Positions 22,353-35,861 of a stretch of 64,000 nt of DNA are shown here, in pieces. Every line of letters starts with the position of its first letter. Position 1 is the stretch's first letter. The DNA lies in assembly GCF_001194135.2 (NCBI RefSeq), contig NC_068982.1, positions 108,423,787-108,487,786 on the forward strand, read 5' to 3'. Source of the stretch: Octopus bimaculoides (taxonomy: Eukaryota). Under the pieces are notes generated by a model, which searched no databases, was not told where the DNA came from, and saw only the letters and a list, made by a program, of their open reading frames with translations. A program made the position numbers and the translations under genes.

Positions 22353-24689
22353 TAGGTAGGTATGTATGTAGGCAGGCAGGCAGGTAGGCAGGTGGGCAGG
22401 TGATTTTATTCAACTGTTATGAGTTTTTCAAAACTGCTATGAGTTGGAAGTAAATACAAATTTTAATCTTCTTTCATAGAGGATCTCTTGTAGAAGGCTA
22501 ATACTAAGTGTGCATGAAGTTCACTCATAGTTAGTTACCAGTGTGGTGTGGTATGGTGTGGTGTGGGGGNNNNNNNNNNNNNNNNNNNNNNNNNNNNNNN
22601 NNNNNNNNNNNNNNNNNNNNNNNNNNNNNNNNNNNNNNNNNNNNNNNNNNNNNNNNNNNNNNNGGGGGGGGGGTGTATACGCATGCACATGTGTGTACAT
22701 TGTGTATGTGTGTACATTGTGTATGTGTGTACATTGTGTATGTGTGTGTGTGTGAAAGCTAGGTCTTTGATTTCTACATAATAGCAGAAGTAAACTTGTC
22801 TGCAAGTGGCCAAAGAAAAGAGAATGATTTGTTCTATGGGTGTCTTGAATTTATCACTCTCCTAAAGTTGAACTAGGTCATTAGCAATGGAAGTGAATGA
22901 GAACAGGCTTATCTAGACTGAGCTCTCATCTCACTGAAGATGGTGGTGAACTTTCAAATTCCAAGTACAAGTTGAACTTGTAAATTTCAAGTACAAAATT
23001 CTAAATACAACAGAAACTAACATTAAGACTGAGGTTTCAGTTCTTGGTTACAAATTCAGTGTAGATCTCTAACTACCTTGTATTGAGCAACAGTTGTAGA
23101 GATGGTTGGAATGTGATCATAAATCTCCTCTTTGGTCTTGTGTTCATACCACATGCTGTTTGGAACTCTCACAAGAAAAGAATGTCTATTAACATGAGAA
23201 ATTCTAATGATGTGCTGTTACTTCCCTATTGACACCAACTTATTAGTTACAATAAACAACTCAATAATATCTAAACCTTAAGCATTCAAACCAGTCATAT
23301 CCAGCCAAAATATTCTACCTGTTTTATATTCAAACCAGCTGGATCCAGCCTCTTACACCTATCCTACAATATCATTCCTAAAGTAAAGAGTCACATCATG
23401 GAAATCTCACAGCTATGAGATAACACATGACTAATTCAAAACGATGTGAATAAATAAGTATTACAATTGACAGAGTAATCTGAGTACTAAATGTGTATAG
23501 TGCAGAAGTTATTTTGACAATTGGCATTCCTGACTGCCCTTATGGAACACCTAATTTTAAGCTACAGGGTGTGGAGAGGAAATAATCAAAAGAAACAAAT
23601 ACATTTTGAGCTTTCTTTGTTGTATTTCCTGATTTGGTACAAAATTGATGTCACAGAGTTTTTCTTGTCCTCTAGCGAGGTGAGTGAAAATAGATAAGTG
23701 TGATCTTTTCTTTTACTACAACAAAAAGACATTTGTTCATCCATCCATATATAGGCTTGGAAGTTCTTATATTACAAAGGTGAAACTGCTCACATAAGTG
23801 ATCATGTTTATGTGAAGGAAGTTCAAACTCATTGATATCCTATTACAGGAAAAACATTATAAGCCGTGGATTGTTCTATATATCTTCTGTTTTTGACTCA
23901 TATGTTCTCTGTCACTTCCACCACTTTTATCTGGATTTATACAATACACCATTCCTCTATACTCCATAAATCACTTCAGTTTTTTTTCAATTATTTCTAT
24001 AAGAGAAGGAGGGGAGGGAGAACTAGTTGTTTGTTTGATAATTGTTTGATAATTTGATACAAATTTCTTTAATATTTGAAAAAATAAATTATTGATTTTT
24101 TTCATATCATTTTTAATTTATGAGAGCTAATGTATGGCTTTAGCACATATAATAGCCTGTGTTTTTATATAATTTTTTTTACCAGAATTGGTCAATTAGG
24201 TAATGATTTGTTCTCAGCATTGTGGGTGTGATTTTAATTAATTAAATTTTTTCAGTTTACAACATCAAGTACACTATCATTTCCTTTACTATTAAATTTT
24301 CATCATCATCAACAGCATCATCATCATTATCATCACCATCACCACCACCACCAGCACCACCATCATCATCATATGTCCACTTTCTCCATGTTTGCATATG
24401 TCAGATGGAATTCATTAAGGTAGATTTTCTATGGACAGATGCTCTACTTCTCACCAATCCATACTTGTTTTCCAGGCATGATAATATTCACTCCAGTCCT
24501 TTAAATATCAACAGCATGATGACCATACATGTTTTCAAGGAAGATTGGCAATGAAAGATTCTGCTTCTATGATGGTGACATTCATTTACAAGTAGCACAT
24601 GATGTGAAGATAAGGAAACACAAATACATACACACAGATAAAAAGTCTCAAACACACATACACATGTGTATGTACATGTGTGTGTGTGT

Positions 24690-24786
24690 ATCTATCTGTG
24701 TATCAATCAGTCTATCTATCTATCTGTCTGTCTGTCTGTCCGTCTATCTATCTATCTGTCTGTCTGTCTGTCCGTCTATCTATCTG

Positions 24787-24865
<79 letters not shown>

Positions 24866-24880
24866 GTGTGTGTGTGTGTG

Positions 24881-24921
<41 letters not shown>

Positions 24922-24961
24922 AAGAGAGAGAGAGAGAGTGAGAGAGAAAGATATGTATATG

Positions 24962-25000
<39 letters not shown>
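24690..25000. repeat. Compound microsatellite (TCTA/TCTG)n-(TG)n-(TA)n-(GA)n-(CA)n
   Basis: Directly visible. Many other simple repeats occur, e.g. (GTA)n 15593-15640 and 42917-42973, (AT)n 37080-37130, (TG)n 40438-40491. Confidence 0.95.
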
Positions 25001-25001
<1 letters not shown>

Positions 25002-25356
25002 ATAGGCTTCTTTTGGTTTCTGTCTACTAAATCTGCTCACAGATCTTTAATCAACCCAGCGTTATACCAGAAGTTATTTGCCCAGGGTGCTGTGCAACAG
25101 GATTGAATCCAAAATATGTTTGTAAAGCAAACTTCTTAACTGCACAGCCATACCTGCATGTAGACTATGACTATGATAATAAAATATCAGTAAGGTGTCC
25201 ATTTGGTGGTAGATATTTGTATGTGATGTGTTTAAGACAGAATGAAATGTTACACACCATCAATAATCAAAAGCAGTGTATGGATACATTGTTAAGTCAA
25301 ACAGAGATGATTTGGAGAGTCAGATCTGTGACTGAACACTCTCAGATGATCTTGTA

Positions 25357-25750
25357 ACTCTTTTACTTGTTTCAGTCATTTGACTGCAGCCATGCTGGAG
25401 CACCGCCTTTAGTCGAGCAAATCGACCCCAGGACTTATTCTTTGTAAGCATAGTACTTATTCTATCGGTCTCTTTTGCCGCACTGCTAAGTTACGAGGAC
25501 GTAAACACACCAGCATCGGTTGTCAAGCGATGTTGGGGGGACAAACACAGACACACAAACACACACATATATATGCATATATATACGATGGGCTTCTTTC
25601 AGTTTTCGTCTACCAAATCCACTCACAAGGCTTTGGTCAACCCGAGACTATAGTAGAAGACACTTGCCCAAGGTGCCACGCAGTGGGACTGAACCCAGAA
25701 CCATGTGGTTGGGAAGCAAACTAATTACCACACAGCCACTCCTGCACCTA
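25357..25750 (-). mobile_element. tRNA-derived SINE family A, near full length
   Basis: Minus-strand head with A-box-like TGGCTGTGTGG and B-box-like GGTTCAGTCCC, internal (CA)n/(TA)n, (GAGTAAAA)n tail. Further copies at about 12625-12775, 13805-14075, 24995-25155, 29640-29940, 32745-32880, 36695-36860, 40255-40430, 48160-48275, 52530-52830, 58315-58421, 62340-62480. Confidence 0.85.
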
Positions 25751-28700
25751 TACTATTACCAATAGCTAGATAAAGTGAGATTATTTTAACATGACTATTT
25801 TGGAATCTGACTCTCTTGTAATATCCATAAAGAGGAACGCTAATATAAACATTCTACAAATCAGAATTTTTTTTTTTTTTGCCTTCTTTTCATATTTCCA
25901 TATATATGAAGCCTGACATTGTTTTAAAAAAATGAGCTGATGGCCTGCTGTGATGTCCATGTCTTCTTTAGAGATATTAGTAAGATAATGAAAGAGAAAC
26001 AGTTATAACTAAGAATTAAAATGGATTTTCATACCCAACTTACAGAGTACTTACATTCTATTTACACATCTTTGTCATTATTTTAATGTCTATTCTTCCA
26101 TTTGGCATGGTTGGATGGACAGTCATTTAACATTTAGCTACTCATTTTCATATTCTATTATCTTATATGCAAAAACCTAGTACCTAAGATCTCACCTCAT
26201 CAGTTTTTCTCATTTCTTTCTTAGCTTTCTTCTGCTAAGGATGCCCTGACTGGTACCACATGGCACTTTCATCCAGTGCTCATCTATTCATTCTTATTAT
26301 ATCCATGCTATTGCAATTGCTTATTTTGCATTCATCAACCAATGTCATTAATGCCTAATCACTCTCTTAACTTACTTGTACTCTCTGTTTAATGTAGTTT
26401 AACATTGCACACCTGATAGCTTATGCACATCACATTTCTCACCAGTATCTCTGTTCAATGTCTATGTCTTGCAATCTGCAATATCACATTTTTATGAATA
26501 AAAAAAAAGAACAAAGGTTCTTCCTGAGTCATAGGCTCATAAAGCCAATTTCTTGTGGTGTATACATCATCCCCAGGATGAGATGCAGGTCTGTCACAGG
26601 ATTACTCAATTTTGCCAGCTGAGTGGATTGGAGCAATGTGAAATGAAGTGTTTTGCTCAAGAACGCAATGCATTGCCCAATCCAGAAATCAAAACCAAAA
26701 ATCAGGGGTGCATCACCCTAACCACTAAGCCATGCACCAACACATTTTAATGTATACTTCTCACAATCTGCCTTTTGAATAGAAAAAGAACTGCTTCATT
26801 GCTAATATCTCCCTGTACTTCTTTCCTCTCTTCATTACAACTACATATAGCACTGAAACTATCAGCTACATGTGTAGGCTATCTCAACTGTATGCATACA
26901 TTGTTTCCTAGTTTCCCCCACTGCAAACTAATCTTGCACATCCTTTATATTTGAAGACATGCTGGCCAGTCTTTTACACTGCACACAAGGGAAAATAGGA
27001 AAAGCAATGATAATGATGATTGACTTTCTGGCAATATTCCATGCACAAACTTCTGGAAAACTGAAGTAAATTCATCTTAATAAAGGATATTCATTAAGAT
27101 AATTAGCAAAACAGTGCTTAGAATACTCCAAGAAATGATTTCATTGATTTGTTTAGATTACTAAGATGTTGGAAAACTGCTTTGTAATATGATGAAATGG
27201 TAAAAGTAAAATAAATATTCATATAATACTTTTAAAAACCACATTAATATCATTTCAAGTCAATCACTTAAAACCATTCTAAAATGAAGGTGAGATTTAT
27301 AATAGTAGTAGTTATAATGATAATAACTATTAAGTGCATAAACTATTTAATATAACAAATAAGAGGAGCTATGACTAGGAAAAGAAGAAAATAATCAATC
27401 AATAACACCAAATATATCAACAAAATTGGTCTTATGTTTTATTTAAGAAAAAATCTGATAGAATTTCACTAATATACAAGGTAATGGTGTTAATCAGAAT
27501 TGTGAAGCCCATGATTAGAAGATTAGATACTTGTCAGTTTACAACTTTCTAAATACAAATTCTATCAAAGTTAGCATTACATTTTGCTTTTAAAGTCATA
27601 TTGTTGTACTAGCATTGTATATTCAATCTTCAATGTATTTTCAGCCTTATTCATTGCCAAGAAGAATTAATAAAAGAAGTTAAAAGCTAAATGATGAATA
27701 TAATAGAATATTAGGTGCAAGACATCTTGGCTTTCTCTTTGAAGCCAATAAATATTAGCTACAAAAAGTACTGACACCCTGCAGTATCCAGATATACACT
27801 GCAGAGTAGTGTAGTTTAAAATGCCAAACTTCCTTTAACCAACAGAACATCCATACTTTGTTCTTATAAAAATAAAGTTACAATCCTTATCCTCTTATTA
27901 TGCAGGGTTTTTATTCTACTTATTTTACTTCTAGATTTTATGCTCTAGAACTTGAAGACTATACTCAACTTTCATTTAAAACTATATTCACCTTACTATA
28001 TTTTAAATTTTATTTAGAGGTGTGGTCTTTAAAACTAATATGTTTTATGTCTAAATTGAAAGTGAGATGAATTACTATAGCCTTTCTACTATAGGCACAA
28101 GGCCTTTAAATTTTGTGGGGAGGGATATGGTTGATTGCATGGACCCAGTACTCAATTGGTACTTAATTTATCAACCCCATGATGAAAAGTAAAGTTGACC
28201 TTGGTGGTGTTTGAATGCAAACATAAAGACAGACAAAATACCACTAAGCGTTTTGCCCAGTGTGCTAACAATTCTGCCAGCTCACTGCCTTAAGAGATGA
28301 ATTAATGTATAAACAGTTGATAGTTATTACAGGATTGAGACAACCACTTCAGAAATAAGTTCTTGGTGTGCTGTGTCTATGATCTGGTTTCATTTCAGAA
28401 TTGTTATCTTACAACATTCATTTTTCTCTCTCATAAATGTTAGGTTTCCGATCTAGCATAAACGAGCAAGTCAATAAAGTGCTGGACTAAACGTTTTATA
28501 TTTCATTCCATATCTCATAGTATGTAATTCAGATCCCACTAGTGTTTACTCTGTTCTTCATAGCTTGGCGATTGATAAAAATAAGCACCAGTAACATATT
28601 GGATTATTTATATCAAATGATTATTTCAATTTTTTAACAATAACTTTGTCATTTAGAAGAATAAAGAAATGTATATTACTTAACTAGAGGCACACTAAGC

Positions 28701-29949
28701 AGTACTGAATGAAATATTATTATAATTATGTGTAGTCAAATTTAACATGTCCGTGTACATTTGAACATGTTAAATATGCCTCTACATAACTATAATTTCA
28801 CCAGGTGACATGTTTCTGTGCTATATTCTTAGTGAACTGAAGAAACAAGATTTCATAAAACTATTCCCTAAATTTTGCCTTTTTTCATTTTTACTTTATT
28901 TATTGTGAAATGCATGAACATCTTTTCCTCCTTTTCTGTAACTTAATATCTCTTAAGAAATTGTCTTCAATCAGGTGACAGTTACTTCCCTTGAACACTT
29001 TTGCTGCAGAAACAAAATTAAATATAAAAAAGTGAAAATAAACAAAGAAGCTAAATATGAATCTGAGGACATAATTTCACCTGTTTCCAGAATAATCTTA
29101 TTAAATCTAGACTTAAATGAACTTGTTAGTTGGGTTCATTTCAACATCCAAGCAACATCCAAGAAATTGTCCTCAAAATAACTCGTTTTCTTCAGAAAGT
29201 TGATTCCCTTAGCAATAAAATAACTATTCTGACTATCTTAACTCAATCTTTTAATTAATTAATTAATTAATTAATTAATTTCTATTTAATCATCTTTTTT
29301 CCTTTCTTTTTTTTCCACAAATATTTTGAAATAAACTTGCCAAATTATTGTTAATAATAATCATTTCTTGATTATCCTAAATCTAAAAGAACAGATGAAT
29401 TATATTGCATTTTAAAATAGAAAATATCTTTGAAAAGAGTATAAAATTTCACATTTGTAGATAATGTTCCTGTATTTCCAAAAAACAATATTACCAACAA
29501 GTAGAAACAGTTAAGAGCAGAATCAAAAACTAGGTCGTATTTAAAAATTTCTTCCCAAAAAAGGAAGTTAATTGTCTGGAAAATTATAAACCTATGGACT
29601 TACATCTTCACTCACACATTAAGTATTAATATGGTTGTGAGGTGCAGGTGTGATGGTGTGGTTGAAAAGTTTGCTTCTTGACAGTGTTGTCTCTTCAGTC
29701 CTACCTTGAGCAAAGTGCCTTATACTATAGACCCAGGTTGACAAAAAACTGGTGAGTGGAATTCATAGAGAGGAACTAAAGGAAATCCATGAGATAAGAA
29801 GTTTACTTTTCAACCACATGGTTCTGGGTCCAGTCCCACTGCATGTCACTTTGAGCAAGTATCTTCTACTATAGCCTTGGCCTGACCAAAGCCTTATGAG
29901 TGTATTTGGTTGGCAGGAACTGAAAGAGGCCTATCACATATATATAGAC

Positions 29950-30231
29950 ATTCGAGCGAGGTCGTTGTCTGTGCCACTGGACTGGCTCCTGTGCAGGTGG
30001 CACGTAAAATACACCATTTTGAGCGTGGCCATTGCCAGTACTGCCTGACTGGCATTCGTGCTAGTGGCACATAAAAGCACCCACTACACTCTCAGAGTGG
30101 TTGGTGTTAGGAAGGGCATCCAGCTGTAGAAACTCTGCCAAATCAGATTGGAGCCTGGTGTAGCCATCTGGTTTCACCAGTCCTCAGTCAAATCGTCCAA
30201 CTCATGCTAGCATGGAAAGCGGACGTTAAAC

Positions 30232-30262
<31 letters not shown>
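29950..30262 (+). mobile_element. 5'-truncated RTE LINE 3' UTR with (GAT)n tail, inserted in the (AT)n of a SINE
   Basis: Matches 53845-54140 and 60530-60825. Confidence 0.85.
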
Positions 30263-30300
<38 letters not shown>

Positions 30301-31178
30301 GTGTGTGTGTGTGTGTGTGCTTGTGTGTGTGCATACATATAGTCCACAGATGAGATCCAGAGATTCTCGGTATAGAAGACACTTAGTAGTGCTCAAATGC
30401 TTCAAACTTAGACTCTGATGTCTTTAGGAGGTATCAATTCCACGGGGGTAAAGAATGGCTATAAGCAGGATCAAGTTGAGCAGATATAGAAGCAATTATG
30501 CAGATAAACAAATTAGATATATTAAATATAACAGTGTGGATATGAAATACTAAGTGTGTATATATGTATAGATGCAAAACAAGAGAAAGCAAAAAGTGTA
30601 GACTTTCAGGCAATGAACATTTAAGTACAAATATATAGATATTTATATTAATAGATCCAATTCACTCAAAGTACAAACAACAGAGAAAATTAAATGGGAG
30701 GAAAAAAGGTCCTGTTTCTAGGGTCTTGGAGATCTATTATAAGTCCAACATCTGTTTCTGGGGGCTCAGAGATCCATCATAATGTTGGTAGCATGATGGT
30801 GGTGGTGGTGGTGGTGGTGGTGGTGGTGATGTCTAACAAATATCTTTAACAACATGACTATTTCATCTGCTAGACATAGCAGCCAGACCTGACCTCAGAT
30901 CACACTCAATGCAGTATGAGAAACAAAAAAAAAAAGTATTGTTTTAAAATAGGTGAGATAGTCCATAGCTGTAACTGGTATATTTTTGATCATAGGTCTA
31001 TTCAATCAGAGTTGACCTTGAAATAAACAATGCCACATGAACTTATAAGAGAGTGAAAATTTAAAGTTGGGGCATTCATACATTTCTGAAAGTCCTTAAT
31101 GGTATATGTGAAGACAATTGGTTTAAGATGGAAATCAGAACCAGTAAAGGAAGCAGCTCACTGAAAGTTTGTTTATAC

Positions 31179-31475
31179 TAGTGGTTCCCAAACTTTTTCA
31201 GGCTGCCACATCCTTGGGACCTGGACCACATTCCTAGTGCCCCACCCCCTGCCTCACTCACCACCACAAACATAGACCACTTTCTGAAGCTAATTCAAAG
31301 CAACTGTATTTCACAAATAAAATTTAACCTAATCAACCCATTATTTTGTTGTTTATGCATCCATTGCTTCCTTTTGGCCACTCCATTATCGTCCCAATTG
31401 TCTCCAATGACCCCGTCATTCTGGATCTTTCCACTACCCCCAGGGGGCCAATACTGCCCATGTTGGGAATCACTG
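31179..31475. mobile_element. hAT-type MITE
   Basis: TIRs TAGTGGTTCCCAA / TTGGGAATCACTG and perfect 8-bp TSD GTTTATAC (31171-31178, 31476-31483). Confidence 0.88.
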
Positions 31476-33078
31476 GTTTATACTATACTGTGACTGCCAC
31501 AATTCCTGTGATAGACTGGCATCCCGTCCAGGTGGGGAATATATATGTCATCAAACAGAGAAACTGGCCCTTATGAGTTGGTATAACTCAAAAAAGGTAA
31601 CTTTTTTTTACTGCCACAATAAGGATAGTTTCTAAGATTATTCAAAAACTCCAAAATTAAGGAAAGGAGAAAATAAACATTAATGTAGGCTCTGATGACT
31701 GGTGATGGAACTCAGTGGCTTTCAACCATCTTTTGCCTATGGATACCTTTCATTCCTGTTTTACTCTCCTGGACCTCCAAAGCCATTCAATGTATATTTT
31801 AAAAAATACTACTGTTTTTTTTACAATTAAATATTATTAGGAATAATTTTTGCAATTAAGTATTATTAGGAATAATTTTTATAATTAAATATTATTAAGA
31901 ATTGTTAATATTTGTAGGAATTGAAACAAAAAGGACATATTAGAAAATGTTGTCCTAGATATACAAAAAAAAAGATGTGATTGTCAAGGCTGGAATGGCT
32001 TTGATCAGAGGTCTTTTCATTAGGGCTAACATTACGCGAGAAAGATAACATAGCTTTCAGAGAATCACTTCAGATAATCTAATATTGTTTGATTCTCTTT
32101 TGATACTGCCTACTCCTCCATCTCCTTTCCACCTTCTCCTCCTCCACCTTGTCATTGTCATTGTTGTCATCATTATCATCATCATTGTCATCGTCGTTGT
32201 CACCATTGTCATCATCATCAGTTTAAGTTTGCTTTCCCTGCCAGTATGAGATGGACATGTTACAGTTCAAGTCTGTTTTATTCAGAGTTACTTAGATAGG
32301 TCAGAGGTGCATGTCTCACTCTTACTTTCCAATTTTTAGCAAGGAATCTATGACTGGATTCCCTACTAACATTAACCATTTTACAGAGTAAACTAGATAC
32401 ATTTTATTATGGCACCAATACTAGGGAAGTGTCCATATCCTCAGTATGACTAAAGAGATCTTTTGAACCTGTACTGTCTCTACTAGTATGATGACCATTT
32501 TACAGAATGTACTAAATGCATTTTATTATGGTACCAGAACTAGTGAGGTTGCCTTGTACTATATCAGCCTAATGCTACATTGGCATTCAAGGACCAAGAA
32601 ATAGACCACAAATTGTAATTGCAACAACTGCACTGAATAAATACATCAAATGTGGGTCATTTGTCTAGAATAACATGTTTAGTTTATAATAGTTATTATT
32701 AATTGCATTTATAATTTCAGTCATATGATTATTCACTTCCATGTTATGGTTGCATGGTTAAGAAACTTGCTTCCCAACCACATGAGGTTCAGTTGCAGTA
32801 CATGACACCTTGGCTATGGGTCTTCTACTATAGCTCAGGAGCAACTGTAGTCTTATTATGTGGATTTGGTAGATAGGGCCACATAAAAAGCACTCATGCC
32901 AGTTCTACTTTGGAGCACTGTTGCTGGTACCATGTTAAAATCACCTAGCAAAGTGGTTGACATTAGAAAGGGCATCCAACTGGAGAAACCAAGCCAAATC
33001 AGACTGGAACCTGGTGCAGCTCACTGGCTTTCCAACCCTGGTTAAACCACCCAACTTATACGAGCATAAAAAATGGAT

Positions 33079-33352
33079 ATAGAAATAATACATTTCTAAA
33101 TCTCTCAGAGAGATTTATACAGTAGCAGCACAATAAAGTGATGCCATGTTGTCAACTTAATGTGACAGTCCCATGAAAGAGAAGAATGCTACTGCTATTT
33201 AGCCCTAGGAAACACTGTTTCCTGTTGGCCTAGACACATTTCCTGTGTCTTTATGTTTACAAAGAGGAGATAAGCACCTCCACCCATGAAAGCTAGCATC
33301 CAGAGACTAGTTTCAGAGTCATTGCTCATCATCAGTCTGGAGTAGCATAGAT
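33079..33352 (-). mobile_element. About 270-bp non-coding hammerhead-bearing mini-element interrupting a LINE-tail/SINE repeat
   Basis: Host repeat tail ...AAATGGAT|GTTAAA.ATGATGATGA is split by the insert, which contains a hammerhead near its 5' end. Confidence 0.6.
33299..33341 (-). ncRNA. Minimal type I hammerhead ribozyme motif
   Basis: TCCAGA-CTGATGA-TGAGCAATGACTCT-GAAA-CTAG-TC-TCTGGA. Helix I 6 bp perfect, palindromic ACTAGT helix III, GUC triplet, U.U at 10.1-11.1. Confidence 0.85.
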
Positions 33353-33701
33353 GTTAAAGAATGATGATGATGAACTGAAAAAGCCCATTGTGTGTGTGTC
33401 TCTTTGTCTACTGTGTGATTGTTGTAAGTGAGCATCAATGTCATACAGGTAGTGTCATTCATTTCCAGTCTTCTTTATAAACATGTCCATCCATTGGGAA
33501 TTAATACTTTGATGGAAATAGATGTGAATTGAAGAATGGAGTGGCATCTGGTTGTAGAGAATCTGCCTCAACAAGTCTCATTTAACACATGCAAGCATGG
33601 AAAAGTGAACATTAAATGAGGCTGATGATGTTTTTATAGAAAATAATCTGATGAATATCTTATTGAAGAAAGAAGCCTTCCTGGGTCAAAGCAGCCTTTA
33701 A

Positions 33702-33923
33702 CCCTTTTGTTACCAACCCAGCTGAAACTGGCTCTGGCTCTGAATACAAATGTCTTGTTTTTTCATAAGCTTTGAATTAAAATCTTTCACCAAACCTTAG
33801 TCAAAATTTATGTTTTTAACACTAGCTGAATGATAACTAAGTTATTTTACTAAATTCTTTGTTATACTTAAAGTAATTGAAAGAAACACAGAGCATCTCA
33901 AAATAAATACAGTAGCAAAAGGG
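33702..33923. mobile_element. piggyBac-type MITE
   Basis: TTAA TSD (33698-33701, 33924-33927) and TIRs CCCTTTTGTTAC / GTAGCAAAAGGG. Confidence 0.85.
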
Positions 33924-34581
33924 TTAAGTATTGAATACTAGCAGTAATACATGTCATTGATTGGGTAAATACTTTTACTGTTTCTTGGGAGCCACATTCA
34001 AAGTATTATTATATATATATAATTTACTCCTCCTGTATGTGTGTACTTTTATAAGAGAAAAATATGTAATAGTTGAAGTAGAAAAAAGATCAATTTCATA
34101 CATGAACTTCTGTTTGTTCATTATATGACAGTAATAAGTCAGTTGTAGGTGTTATTTTATTTATTAATACAGTAATGGCACTTATATAATATTATATTAT
34201 ATAATATTATATAATATTATATAATATAAGAGAAAAAACATGTAATAATTGAATTAGAAAAAAGATCAATTTTATACATGAACTTCTAATAATAAATGAG
34301 TTGTATGTGTTATTTTATTTATTAATACAGTAATGGCAATTATATAACATATACATACAACTGCTTACAATAATGGAGATTACTGTATAATTTCTTCTAT
34401 GTTCATAATTTTTGGTTTACAATATTGAAAAAAATATGCCACCAAAGAAAAGATGTAATCTCTCTAGAAACTGATATAACTGGTATGCGAGGAACAAAGA
34501 CAGTGTCACCTTTACCACAACCAGTGAGAATATTTGCCTCAATGCAGTTCCTCATAGGCTTGTGCACAATTAGTGTTGTAC

Positions 34582-34798
34582 CTCTTTTACTCTTTTACTC
34601 TTTTACTTGTTTCAGTCATTTGACTGCAGCCATGCTGGAGCACCACCTTTAGTCGAGGAAATTGACCCCAGGACTTATTCTTTGTAAGCCTAGTACTTAC
34701 TCTATCGGTCTCTTTTGCCGAACTGCTAAGTTACGGGGATGCAAACACACCAGCATCGGTTGTCAAGCGATGTTGGGGGGACAAACACAGACACACAA

Positions 34799-34829
<31 letters not shown>

Positions 34830-35001
34830 CATATACATATATATGACAGGCTTCTTTTAGTTTCCGTCTACCAAATCCACTCATAAGGCTTTGGTCGGCC
34901 CGAGGCTATAGTAGAAGACACTTGCCCAAGGTGCCACATAGTGGGACTGAACCCAGAACCATGTGGCTGGTAAGCAAGCTACTTACCACACAGCCACTCC
35001 T
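34582..35001 (-). mobile_element. tRNA-derived SINE family A, near full length
   Basis: Highly similar to 25357-25750, with a three-unit CTCTTTTA tail. Confidence 0.85.
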
Positions 35002-35569
35002 ATTGCATAATTTTTGCAAGACCTATGATCAAAAGCATTCCAACTGTGACCATCCAATCCTTTTGTACATGTAAGATTACACTGTTCAATGTGTCCCTTT
35101 CAAAGCTAGCAGGCTGTAGTTAAAGGGAGATTTGGCTGCTATTTCTAGGAAGTCAAGTGACTACATACAAGTTTTTTCCTTGACTCACTTTACATACTTT
35201 TAATGGTAATGAGTGGTGCTTATGGGGAGGTAGTGGTGGGGATGATTAAAATAAGTATCAGTTATCTACTGAAACTGATTTAATGGATTATATCATTTAC
35301 TCTTACACAAAGAGCCTTGTACCACAACGACAACAAAAAAAAAAATCATTAATAAATAGCCTACAATGGAATCTAATGTTTCTCCATATTTTCTGCAGCA
35401 GTTTTCTTTTTCACTCTCAGTTTTAAATATAATTTATTGAATAACCTCCAGATAAAATTCAATTAACCTTTTTAATTTGTATACAGGTCTGTTTATATAT
35501 TTATATATTTTTATTTATATATTTTTCATTTCATTTATTTATTATCTATTTATTTCATTCTTATATGCT

Positions 35570-35612
<43 letters not shown>

Positions 35613-35823
35613 CATAAATATACAGGGATTAGCATTGAGTTGCTTCTCCAACATACTGAAAATTTAGAAATAGCAGTCAAAGAACTACTGATTCTAAACT
35701 ACAAATTTTTCCCTAAATGGATGGCGATATTTATGGCACACATAGAACAAAAAACCGGAGGGGAAGGCATAAACAAAACAAGTCTTTAGTTAATCGGATA
35801 CGATCGTTTCATGGTTATTCTTG

Positions 35824-35861
<38 letters not shown>

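Noticed and set aside
25690-25750. tRNA genes (A/B-box-bearing heads here and elsewhere)
   Set aside because: No cloverleaf; each continues into a SINE body.
30165-30192. CTGAGGA-CTGGT-GAAA in RTE tails (minus strand)
   Set aside because: No helix II or I geometry; it is a simple CTGG/CCAG hairpin.
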